A DNA stretch of 64,000 nucleotides from Haplodiscus bocki (lineage: Eukaryota). The stretch spans positions 54,064,001 through 54,128,000 of the forward strand of contig OZ296652.1 of the NCBI GenBank assembly GCA_965655095.1. Reading direction: 5' to 3'. Made by a program: the position numbers and the translations under genes. Below the pieces are notes generated by a model. That model was not told the origin of the DNA, did not search any database, and saw nothing but the letters and a program-made list of their open reading frames with translations. This document shows, piece after piece, positions 28,330 to 40,070 of the stretch (position 1 is its first letter; each line of letters opens with the position of its first letter).

Positions 28330-29500
28330 ATTCAAACTTTGTTCAAAACATCAAAAACTTGATTGGCCGAAAATGCTAAAAAGTGTTTTGATCAACGGTT
28401 CTGCGCAATTTTCGAGCTCAGTTTTTGCAATAAACACATTCTGGAATTGATCTATCAATATTCCAATCAACACTTTTCCTTTTTCTAGGAGCATTGACTG
28501 ATAAATATTTCAATGTTTGCAGCTTTCATTGGACTTTTGATTGGCCCAAAATGCCAAAATTGCTTTTAGTATTGGCTTTTCGCGATTATCAAACTTGATT
28601 TTCACCTGAAGTACAGGCTTGAGTATCTCCATCAAAACCCGAATCAGCAAATTTCTTAATGTGAAAGTTTTTCCGAATCAACCACCAGTGATTTTGCATC
28701 AGAATTCTGAAAGCCTGAAAATGGCAATAGTGGCTGATATTTTCCAATTTGAGTGATAACACAACTGAATTTTCGCCATGACTACCGGCTGGACTAAATT
28801 TGTCAAGGTGCCAACCAATGTTTTTCTTCCTGGTAGATATTTTTATAAGAACTATTACCAACTTTGCGTCTTGCGTCGGAATTCTCGAAGCACATAGGTG
28901 TCATAATATGCTGTTAGTGTTGACTTTCACTTAAAATCGAACTCTTTTTTTGACATTTTTTTTCTTCCAACAAGGTGCCAATCAACAGTTTCTCATTTTT
29001 AGAAGTAGTTTTTTCACTGCCATCGCCACCTTTCGGTCTTTCATCAGAAATTTAGTGGAAAGAAAATGCCAGGATGTGCATTTAGTAAGGATTTCTGCGA
29101 AAAATAAATTCAATTTAGACCACATCTCTAGGATGGATTACATCTATCAAGGCCATTATCATCAGTTTGATACCTTTGGGAGCAGTTTCAGGTGAACCTT
29201 CATCGATTTTGCTTCTTGCGTCGGAATCCTCTCAGGCTGAAAGTGCCAAAAGATATTATTACCTTTAATTTTCCGCGACAGTGAAACCCAATTTTTGCCT
29301 AAAATACCGGCTTGTTTATATCAAAGAAAATCCCAGTCACCAGTTGTCTGCTTTTAGAATCACTGTCAGTTAAACCGGTGTCACCATTTTTGCGTCGTAA
29401 ATTGATGTCCTCATAGGCCGAGAATGCCAAAGTTTCCTATCAGAACTTTAGTTTAGCGATACTAAACTTAAATTGAATTTCTTTCTTGAAAAAATCGGGG
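28330..29500. repeat. Degenerate ~175-bp tandem array (second family) within the 5.8 kb intron
   Basis: GGCCGAAAATGCCAAA-like motif near 28365, 28543, 28714, 29235, 29417; TTGCGTCGGAAT at ~28870 and ~29216. Confidence 0.6.
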
Positions 29501-31411
29501 GAAAATTGTGATGCAATGATTGTGAAACACCAAAAATTGACCGTTCATAGCTTTTTGTTCGTGAACTACTCAAATTAGTTTAGCACTTGCTTTCGAGCGT
29601 GATTGCAGAATCGTACTTGATTTTTTCTCCGTTCGCAAGTACACAAAGTGAGGTGGGACAGTCTAAGGAGCTGGGTTTTTTCCTGGGTGTGACTGCGTCA
29701 AAGTACACTCGTTTAAGTATACGGAAGTGAAGTCAATCATTCTGTTATTGAGCTGCAAAAATTAGAGTTTTCAAACTATCTCTAATCCACATCAACTTCC
29801 CAAATTCGTACAATAAGAAATGACCCGCAGCTTCTAGGAAACACTGGGCTGGTCAGATCCCTATTTGAGCGTTTATAGTGTAATTAAGGTTCCTTTGCAT
29901 AATTTTCACTTCCTTTTATCATCCTGTAAACTCCAGTAAATCTAACAAGCCGTGAAATTTTTCGATACTTTCTCTTGTATTTAGGTAGATTGCTTTTTGT
30001 CCGCCCGACTGATCTTCTTAGCTGTGAAGCACAAGGAAATTCGCCTTGTTTCAAAATCTTCGATTCTTTTTGAGTTGCTATCTTTGCGTTGATTTTGTTG
30101 TTTCACTCTAGAAAGTCAGTTAGACAGTCAGTGTCCGTAAAATGGACCTCTCAGAGGGCTTTAGGCACATTTTTGTGGCAAATAGTAGAGAGGAAGCAAT
30201 AGTCGTGCAGCGGGGCGACGATAGAGGGTGTAACGAGTCTTGAACTGCGGCAAAAGAGTTCTGCCGTTTCATTTTTTGCTCAACCTAGTTTTCTGTCATT
30301 TTCCTCACACTAATATTTTTGGTATGATATCACTGATTTATCCACAGGCCCACATCATTAGTCAAAGTGCTCGAAAGATTTTCCTTCCCAAAAAAAAACA
30401 GAAATTAGTTTTCAATAGCAAAATGTGAAAAAAAATAGTTCAACAAATTTTGTGTTAGAGTGTTTTCATTTTTGTTTTTTTTTTGTAGATCATCATTTTG
30501 TTTAGTTTGCTCATTTTCGGGCTTCTTTTATTGGTATGCAATTTGCTATTACTCGCGACAGCAAAAAGGCTAACTTTTGTTGCTGTCCGCTCTATGTTGA
30601 TCGTATTTCTAAATATATATAATTGTTATATTATCATTTATAGAGAAACAAACACTTCTTCTGCAGTGATGCTTCAAACATGTCATTAATTGACACGTTC
30701 CATGAGGAAATTCCTTTCCGTGACATTTGCAATTGGAGGCATAGAAAAAGTAGATGCATTCATTTTACTAGTATTTGATTTTTTTCTTGTGATGTCAGTA
30801 GAGGTGGTGGTCAGACGTGGTAGACTGTTGCAGATGAATATCAAGACGCCCGGCTACCACTGGATTTTTCTGACCTTTAATTTTGTTTAATATGCGTTTT
30901 AGGTAGAAAAAAAGCATTATACACCAAAATTGCTGTTTTCTTTATTTTAGAAAAGTTTTATTTTCGAAAACTTTTCTAATAAAAAAAACTTTAAATTTCG
31001 ATAGAAAAAAAGGCATTATTTAGATTTATCAACCTTTTATACGCATTCTGCAACAAATTTGCTACTTTATATAATTTGAAATTTTTTCGTAAAAATCCAT
31101 TTTTTTCAAAAACCATAAAATTTGGTTGGAAAAAGGCGTTCTGTAGATATATTACTATTTTAGGCGCATGCTAGGACACATTCGTTGTAATTTGCTGCTA
31201 AAAAATTTAGAGTTAAAAATAGTGCAATTTGCCTGAGTTGTGCAATTGGCAAGTAAACGTAAAAACGCACGCAGCCAAAGAAAGATTTTCCTTTCATTTT
31301 ATAAATATGGCAGAAGATAATAAATCAAAAGTTTCCTAACCAAAAATAGGCTCTTAAATGGTTGTGAGTTGTGCATGTTGAAAGTTATAAAGTGATTCTT
31401 TATGGTTGAAG

Positions 31412-31901
31412 GTTTACAAGTTTCCTGGACCAACCCTTCGGAAAAGATTTTGATGAACTGTCGACTGAATCAGGAGATTTCGAACGACCACGCTACTAAC
31501 GAAATGGCCCGGTTCTCAGGTGTTTCGCCTTGTGGGGTTGTTGAAACAGATGAAGGAGCATCTTTGACTTTTATCGACCAAGATACCACACTTTTCCAAC
31601 GAGGGATCTATACTTGTTCTGTTAATGACCGTGCCTTGCAAAGTATTACGAAGACACTCAACGTCTCTGTTGTCAAATTTCCGACAATTCCAGAGGGCGA
31701 AGAAATTAGTTTTATAAACGTGCATTCGGTTGTGAAAACGTTCCAAAGAGGTTGGTCTCATCTTTCGACTGAATCTCTCGAACTGAAGTGGACACTTTTT
31801 GTTGCAGCTGCTAATAGTACTGCTAACATTCTTACCCGCAAACTTCTTGTCCGCGGGTGCAACCTCGAGAGTGCCCTCCGAAACCAATGTTCGCAAAATA
31901 A
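31412..31901 (+). pseudogene. Exon completing Ig domain 2
   Basis: Phase-1 join A|GT gives SLQVSWTNP...GASLTF...RGIYTCSV...TLNVSVV; donor gtaag at 31902. Confidence 0.85.
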
Positions 31902-32500
31902 GTAAGAAGTTTGTTCTGTCAAGGAATTCAATTATGTCGCTGATTTTCGCAAATGAGTTCTAGTATTTTTTGAATGATCAGTGTAATATTTCTATTACGT
32001 TCACTCTCCTCTGCCGATAAACGTTTCTTTTCTCTGATAGCGCACGGTGGGTGCCGAATAAGCATATACTGCTTTTCATTCGCGTTTCGACAAGAATCAG
32101 TGGTTTAGCATTGGCGGAATAATGGCAGAAATAACCAGGGCAGGCCAAAGATTAAATAGCTCAAACCTACTTTGATCATTTTTTGTTCTTTTCATCACCA
32201 GAGCGTCTTTTCTTTTTATGCGTGACCGTCTACTTCTACCACTACTTCTGTGAGCTAAGCTAATGAAACGCTCGATGCACAACGGTGGCGAGTTGAATAA
32301 GATTCTAAACATTGCTATCCGAACTTCAGGTTTTTCACGGCACTTGTATCAAAACAAAGCTTGCGAAAACATTATTTCTGAGTGTAGTCTTTATGATACA
32401 TTTTAGACTGTGCCAGGAGGTCAATTTTATGAAAGAAAATGCAGAAATATTTTATTATTGAAGACAAATGGACTATAAGGGTGATTTTCAACTGTTTTAG

Positions 32501-32857
32501 CACTGAAGTTTTGGCTACTTGTGTGCTGAGCTCAGGAGGAAATTCTTGTAGTGGTTACGTATATTATGAAAACAAACAGCATGAAGCAGAACAAAGTATT
32601 CACATTCAAAGAGTTTTTTATTTGAAGAGTATCCAACTCGGATGTTAGCTTAGAATCAACTACAATAAGTTCAGCTCTTGGAATAAACGTCGAGCCTCTC
32701 CTACGCACGTTCATCCTTCGAGGAATTCGAGAAGTTTTCATCTTTGTGCAGTATGTTGAAGACACGTCGGTGGAATCAAACTACGCTGGATATATGTTTC
32801 AGTCGGTGGGATGTGTATTAGAGAATGACCACGTCCAAATTACAGGAACTAAATCAA
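32501..32857 (+). pseudogene. Probable internal exon with a +1 frameshift near 32625
   Basis: ttttag| acceptor is phase 2, matching the previous exon; |gtacgc donor is phase 1, matching the next. The reading switches frame mid-exon (TEVLATCVLSSGG... to RVSNSDVSLES...QITGTKS). Confidence 0.5.
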
Positions 32858-34505
32858 GTACGCTACTCTTCATTTACCATTTTTCTGCATTCTGTATTAG
32901 AAAATACTCATTGCCAAAATTATTGAATGCTGCACGTTTTTCATCAGGAAACGACTGTACGTTGTCTTTCCCTCTTTATGTATTTTCAGTTCGCGTATTT
33001 TAGATCAATGAAAAAGGGTTTCACTGCTACTGAGGATTTGTTTTTGAAGCCTTGGAAATTGACGAACTTCGAAAATTCTGTGCAACTATAGGCAAAACGG
33101 ACAAGTATGGATCACTGAGGGTGATTATCGTAATGGAACGAGGGTGAGTTCTGATAGGAGTCAGTTCTGTTGTTTCCGATATTCTCACTAGAACTAGTGG
33201 AGGCTAAGTTACTTCCATTAGTTAAAACGCGCAGAGCCTGTCCAATTGGGCTAGAGTTGAATCAATCGCATCCTAAACTCTAGCTTCGACTGACTCGTGT
33301 GTGACTTCATCATTTCTGTCATTACTTTTTTGTTCCATTTCAGAAATATGAGGAGTTATCTGGTCTGTTAACTCGTCAGTGCTATCAGTTGTCTGTCAAC
33401 TAACCTAGCTGTTCATTCACGGATTGGAAAAATTTGAGATTTAAGACTGAAATATTTGATAGGTGAAAAGGGCTGTACAAATTCAATGATTTAGATTAAC
33501 GACGTTTTACGAAAGTTGTGTGGTTCATCAGAGTAACGTTGTAGTGGTGTAATGACAGTATCACTTTAGCAAAAGTTATCAATAGAGTCTCCTAATTGCA
33601 ATAACATGAGTGAAGCATTTAAGTCACGTGACTTGTACAATGTTTTCTAATAGCTGTCACTTTCACAAATGTCAGTCATATCTTCGAATGTGCAATACAT
33701 TCCCACCAGAGTGACTGCATTATGGTATAAATCATAAACATTGAACTATCAGATATAAATGCATTCAATTCTCGGTGATGTCTACTATCAGTCACCGTGG
33801 ACTGATTCTTTACTTGCACTTTTTGTTAAACGCTGTATTTGAGTCGCACGAGTATGGGATCAACCAAGTGAGTGTTTTTGCACTATAATAAACGTTGATG
33901 CTCTATGTACTGTATGATGAGTGTATACGGTCCTCCATTTGTTTAATTTTGTTTTGTAGTAGTGGTCGATTGTATTTTTACTACGCCTAAATGATTTACA
34001 CAATAGATCATTCATCAATGAAGTAACTCTATCCTTTGGTGAGTTTTTGACGCTGCTGTATATTGGTCGAGTAACGTGTGTATGAAGTCATTCAGTAAAT
34101 ATTTTGTTGAGAGGTGTGACGTCAGCACTGCTTACAGCACTGTAAATGACACGTGTATAACATCATTTCCAATAATAATTTAAGCATTCACGTTCAAATT
34201 GAAAGAGCAGGAACGATATGCCATAGTGACATTGATATCAAATCATATAAAGCTGAACATTTATAACATATAAAAGGTGACAACAGACTGCATAAGGGCT
34301 TCATAATAGGACATACGCTAGTTGCATAAATAGGTTTTTAAAGTTAGTATTTCCATCATTCGAGCTTGACAGTGGTCTTCAAGACTTGATACCTTTCGCA
34401 CATGAAAGGCTCAAAAGCTTCAGAATTTTTTTGGTAACCATAATTTTCTTGATAACTCTATTGTGTGTAATCGAAGCTTATGGAAACCAAAGAAATTGAT
34501 TTTTT

Positions 34506-34719
34506 TTTCATGACACCACTTGGATATACAAACATAAAATGCTTTCAAACCACAAGTGGTTATTTATAGACCGCAGGTTCTCTTATGTTGAAGCACGGAA
34601 AAGAAAAGGGGTTTCATGACACCACTTGGATATACAAACATAAAATGATTTCAAACCACAAGTGGTTATTTATAGACTGCAGGTTCTCTTATGATGAAGC
34701 ACGGAAAAGAAAAGGGGTT
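34506..34719. repeat. Tandem duplication, 2 x 106 bp
   Basis: CATGACACCACTTGG...GAAAAGGGGTT repeated with period 106 and three substitutions. Confidence 0.95.
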
Positions 34720-35577
34720 GCGTGTGGCGAGTGAAAGTCAGTTTCTTAGGGCTTGGAGCCGTAGCGAGCATGCACTAATCTCAACGTTGTTTTGCTTTTT
34801 TGATTGCCTATTTTGTGGCATGTTTCGGCAAGTCTAATTTCCAACTTTCATGTTTCCGTACATAGGTTTAATATCGGAGTGGATTTTTTGTAGGTAATTC
34901 GGCAAGGTTATCAGTGATGTTTTCCGAAGAAAGTTTTCCGCATGATGGTCTTTTTTACCAAAAACAATTTCGGAGTAAGAATCTAGTACTTTACTGTAGT
35001 ACGTTGAGCCTATACACTACCAGTACTGAGGTTTAATGCTTCCCATTCAAAATGACTGCGATTTGAGGAATCTGGTCTTTTGGACGGATTATGTTTTTAC
35101 GAACCTGGTTTCCACAAAAATACAGTTTACAATAATGACCAGTTGGTCAAATCGAGAATTTCTCTAAAAGTGGATAGAATTGATGTGAGCTCTCTAATCT
35201 TAGTGAGCTCTCTAATCTTACGAAATAGTCGCCCTGGTGGTCGAACGCTTTTATATCAAAAGCTCCAGCCAAGAACACACTTCAAGCAAAAGACATGTAT
35301 ACTCGCAGCAAAAAGTAATACAAAATGGTCGCTCCCGATTTCCACCCAGTGAAACCGCATATGATGAGGGTTTTTTTACAATCTGAAATCAGTGACCCTA
35401 TACTGAACTTAATTGAAGGTTTGGAAAAAATTGATTTAGGAAACCACTGGGAAACATTTTGAAAATGAGATTATTGAATTAGCTATAGCGCTGTTAATGA
35501 ACTTAACTCATTGAATTGATTATCCAATGGGAGGGTATTTTTTAGATGCACATGATTTTCAAATTTATCTGTTGCAG

Positions 35578-35787
35578 ATGCAGGCTGGGTGGAGTTGCCA
35601 TCAGAGTGTGACGAAGTGCTGAGTTACTGCATTGATGCTGCAACTCCTCGAAAGTGGTACATTTACGAAGGGACAAGTTCCGTCAAAATGAATATCCACG
35701 CCAACTGTTCAACGTACACACAGAAAGTTGTTGCTTGGACCAATGACATGCGGGCTTCTGGTTTTTGTACTGCTGTACAGGTCTCAA
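35578..35787 (+). pseudogene. Exon encoding the first half of a CD2/SLAM-like V domain
   Basis: ttgcag| acceptor, |gtgag donor, phase 1-1; VLSYC...RKWYIY; continues as NASLEF...FEGIYRL in the next exon. Confidence 0.75.
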
Positions 35788-36228
35788 GTGAGATGACTGT
35801 CTTTTTGATCAAATTAAATTTGACCCGGTTAAACAATATTTTCTTCAAATTTATAAAAATGATGAATTCGATTGCCAAGCACTTTTTGTCAAACGGTGAA
35901 AAGTCGGCATGCTTTTTAAAAATTACCTAGAAATAGAGAGATCATTTATGAAGAACACTAACAAAGGAATAGTGGTCATTCCGCAGAATAAAGTTTTGTT
36001 ACCCTGCTCAATCTTTGTCAGCTGATTCAGGCTCTGGCATCCCTGTGATAAATTCTAATTAGAGCAAGTTGAAACAATTTGAGTTGTTTACTCCTACCAA
36101 TGAAGAAGATTACAAGTTTTGTCATCTAATCCAGAGTGCTGCCAAAGTCTTATAATGAATTGTTTCAATTTTTTGAAAATCAAAAGTGTTATTTCTGTTC
36201 AAAAAGGACTGAGTAAGTGATGTTTCAG

Positions 36229-38029
36229 ATGACGTTTCTAGCAATTGTATCTTCAAGGTACACGAAAACGCCTCATTAGAGTTTCTACATCCTACAGATG
36301 ACCGGTTCGAAGGTATCTACAGACTTGACCTTTCTAGTAACTGTGTTGACATACCAGACCAAAGTGTTGCTAGCTTAATTTTTTCTGTTCATATTCTGGT
36401 AGTTAAATCTCCGACCATCTCCAATCCTGTGAATGACATCATCGGGCGCGAAGACCAAAATGCAGTTCTCAACTGTCCTTTCACGGGTGGTCTTCGAATG
36501 TACGGTTTTGAAACGTACAAGTTTGAGCTTAGCACGCCCGCAGGATTGAAACTTTGGTATGATGGTGGCACTGACGATCAAGCGTGTAAATATGAGGAGG
36601 ATTCGACTGGGATTCCTTCAGGACTCGAGCCTTTGCCTCTGATAAATCTTGGCATATCTGAAGACTCGTTGTTGGACATTACAAATGATCAAGTATCCAG
36701 TGATATTTTGACTAAACAAGTTTCATTTTCTGTTAAAACCTCAAAAATTGGATCGGCGTCCAATGGTTTGAATGTTGTGACGTGCAAAGTAACTGATCCG
36801 GAAGGCGGGACTGCTGAAAAAGAGCTTCAGGTCCGAATTGTTGATGAAGCTTATCTGTATATGTAGCTTTTGGAAACAGAAATTAACATTTACAAAAACT
36901 CACAAAGCACTCTGACAGTTGGTTGCTGGTACTTTGGCTTCTCTTCAACGTCTCAGCAGAACATGAAACTGCAAAAAGACGGAGCTATTTTGGCGAATTG
37001 GTTTGTGATAGGATCAGACAATTTACAAAACCCGGTGGGGATAGCACTCTCAAACACCCAGGGAAGGTGTGAAATACAATTTACTAATGTAAATCCGAGT
37101 ATTACGGGACATTACATTATCTCACTTTATACAATAATGGACGAATCTTCCTCGGATACTGTGACCGATTCTGAAATATCTGAAATCCAATTCCACGTGA
37201 ATCTTTTCAGCACTATAGAAGTTCATCAACTCGAGCAAATCTCAGCTACGGAAAGAATACCGATAACTTTGTTTTGTTCATTTACTGGAGCGAATCCAAG
37301 AACCAACAAACTTGTAGAGTGGCGCAAATGTCCGGCAAAAAATCAAGAATGCGATACACTTCTTTACCGAATTAATACATACGCTGAAAGTTTTGATGGA
37401 ACTCTTTTTCACAATATGCGAGCATATGTGTCAAAATCTAACCTTATGTCAAATCACAAATCTCCTCTTGATATTTTCGCAAAAGAATTGACTGATTTGG
37501 GGTATTATGAATGCACAGTTTGGGACATGGATACTTATGGCAATAAAATTATGCAAACCGATGAGAACAGAAATATCTTTTTACTACAAGTCATCCCGTT
37601 TCGTCCGTACATCAAAAATATTTCACCTGAAGTGTTAACTTTGTCTCCTCAAACCCCGCGGAGCCAAAAAATATCTTGTGTTTTTGAGATGAGTTGAGGT
37701 TATTATGACTTTTTACCAGTGGTCAAGTGGAAGCTGGGATCCGGGCACACAATTTTGAGTTACCCCCTAAATGCAACATGTGATTCTTTTAATGAATCGG
37801 TTGTATATGGCATTAGTTCTGAATTAGAGCATTTCTCCCCGAAGCAATTCGGCGTAACTTGTACCAATTACGCAAGCTCAGTTCTTGCGATGACGTCATA
37901 CTTGGAGCTGGGAACACAAAACTATATCTGCCAACTACAAAATGACACTGATGTTAGTTTACACCGCCTGAGGTTACCTTTCAAACATCTCCATGAATGG
38001 GCGGATTTCTTGTGTTACAATCCCCCACT
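36229..38029 (+). pseudogene. 1.8 kb exon with about 4.5 tandem Ig domains, interrupted by in-frame TAG and TGA
   Basis: ORFs 36429, 36870 and 37719 share one frame, separated only by TAG 36864 and TGA 37695. Motifs: AVLNC..LWY..VVTC; TVGC..NWF..GHYI; TLFC..VEWRK..DLGYYEC; ISC..VKWK..NYIC. Confidence 0.9.
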
Positions 38030-39580
38030 GGAATAACGACAACTGATATCTGGCGAAATTTCATATCCGGTGAAAAATGATATCAAATTGAAAAATGGTC
38101 AACTCATACCAGGCGACAACTGATGTCAATTTGGTATCAATAAAATTTGCGCATTTTCTTCCACGCAGTTTTAGTGACATCAAAAATCTCACTGTCAATG
38201 AATATTGAAATCTTACTTGCTATCATGTTGACATTAATCTCAGCAGCTGAATAGCTGATTAGGTTTAGAAACGGCCAGCATGTACGGTTGAATTTGTGTA
38301 TCAGCAATACAGCAAAGTTGTAATTAAAAAAGGGAGTGAAGTGTACATGTGGGTCATTGAGGAAAAAGAATTAATTTCAAAGTGTCAAACAAGCATTAAT
38401 TCCAATACCAAAATCCATAAAAACGGATATTTTCCACGTGCTTCCTCGGAAAAATAAAGGAATGGTTACTAAAGAATTTTAACAGGCGCAGCACCAGTGT
38501 CTAATTGTTGCTCGTGGAAAACTGTCACGGAAAAAATTTAACACACTCATTCGATATTTTTTTTGAGACGAGCGGTGAAATTTTTGGGAGAGGGGAAGTA
38601 ACAAGTGCGTTTTTAGGAAACAGTTAAGATGGCTCAAAAAGATCATGATTTCAATTTTTTGTACATGTTGAATGTACTTTCCAGAGTAAACAAAGAGCTC
38701 ACCAACGAAACTTTTGCCAATCAACGTGCTTATACTAAAATCAAACATCTCATTTTTCTTTGAAACAATTTTGTTTTACTGATTTTTTTCCAAATCACTG
38801 CCCAACAATTGTTACATGAAATGTTTGTATACTGCATTGATGTGATCAGTCAAATGATTCATGAAACAAAGAAACTTCAGACATTTTGCATTTAGTATCT
38901 TAAAAGTTATCATTGCTAGATTGAAAAATTGTCCTTTCCGGCTCACTAATAATATTTGTCACACCACTGGCACGTTAACAGTTAATCCGTTATTTCTTCA
39001 TAAATGATGCAGAAAAGAATCTTTAACGACTTCAGCTGAGAAGGGCAGTAAAATTGGAAAGATGTATGCTACCCGCAAAATAACTGCATTTGCATCCTAA
39101 AACTTGGAAAATTTCAATAATTTATTGCCTTTCATATTTCGCAAGTAACTTTTAAAACCACGCCTAATTTTGAAAAGTTCGTCAAAAAACTGCGAGTCTA
39201 AAATCATTCACAAAGTGCTTTATAACACACAAACTTGTACAAAAATTTTATGTTACGTTCTCCAGGGTGTTGATTGCTGATAAAACTTTTCAAAAGATTT
39301 CTGAAGCGTTTTTTGAAATTATTCAGCTGCTGAAATCAATTTTAATATATAAACAGTGAAAACTCAAAATATTTAAAATTGCATATCAAATAAGATAATT
39401 GATGCTTAGTTGACATCAATTAAACTGCGTTGTACAAAACTCGCTGATTTGATTGATGCAAACTTGATATCAGTTGTCACTTGATTCGAGTTGACGCTTG
39501 GGATAAGTTGTCGCTTTTCCAACTGGATATCAATTGTCACCTTATATGTGTTGTCTCCTGATGTCATTTGTCGCCGTACG
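38030..39580. mobile_element. Non-autonomous TIR DNA transposon inserted in a coding exon
   Basis: Imperfect ~150-170 bp inverted termini (38030-38185 vs 39408-39580) with CGACAACTGATATC subrepeats; flanking direct repeat CCCCCACT at 38022-38029 and 39581-39588. Confidence 0.8.
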
Positions 39581-39921
39581 CCCCCACTTGTAGTAACGAA
39601 CATTGTACCCACATTTAGCGGTACTTCAGTGAATTCTCACTCCAATACCTTAGAGTTAAGCCATTACCCCGATTATTATCTTAGGAATCCATTATTGCGT
39701 GTGGGGTTGTAAATTCCAGGGAATGACAGATAAAATGTGAAAGCTAAGTATAGTCTCGGGTGCTATGGTAGCTCAGTCTATGATATTTTTACCCGGCTTT
39801 TCTCAGTATTATGGAGGCTTATCTTACAACTTTAATCATTTCCTATATTTTTTTCCAGAATTAATCATTTTTGAAATTTAGTTTTAAAATGACTAAATGA
39901 ACTGTTTTTTATCTTGCGTAG

Positions 39922-40070
39922 GTGTGGGATTGGCAAGTTTCAAGCTTTGAGCAATTGTGCGTTGATACTTCGATCTCTCTGGTTCAAGTGCGCCGAGGAA
40001 GAACTGAAACTTTGAGATGTTCTTATTCTACAGCCAAAGCTGTAGTGGAAATCGTCTGTTGGCGTTTGAG
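39922..40070 (+). pseudogene. Exon starting an Ig V-set domain (not in ORF track)
   Basis: gcgtag| acceptor, |gtagt donor; reads VWDWQ...VQVRRGRTETLRCSYSTAKAVVEIVCWRL; phase-2 continuation at 40166 (RTSVLLST...EYSDFLRG). Confidence 0.75.

Noticed and set aside
32407-32419. 13-nt micro-exon (ttttag|actgtgccaggag|gt)
   Set aside because: Inclusion would break the phase-2 match between exons ending 31901 and starting 32501, and the donor is weak.
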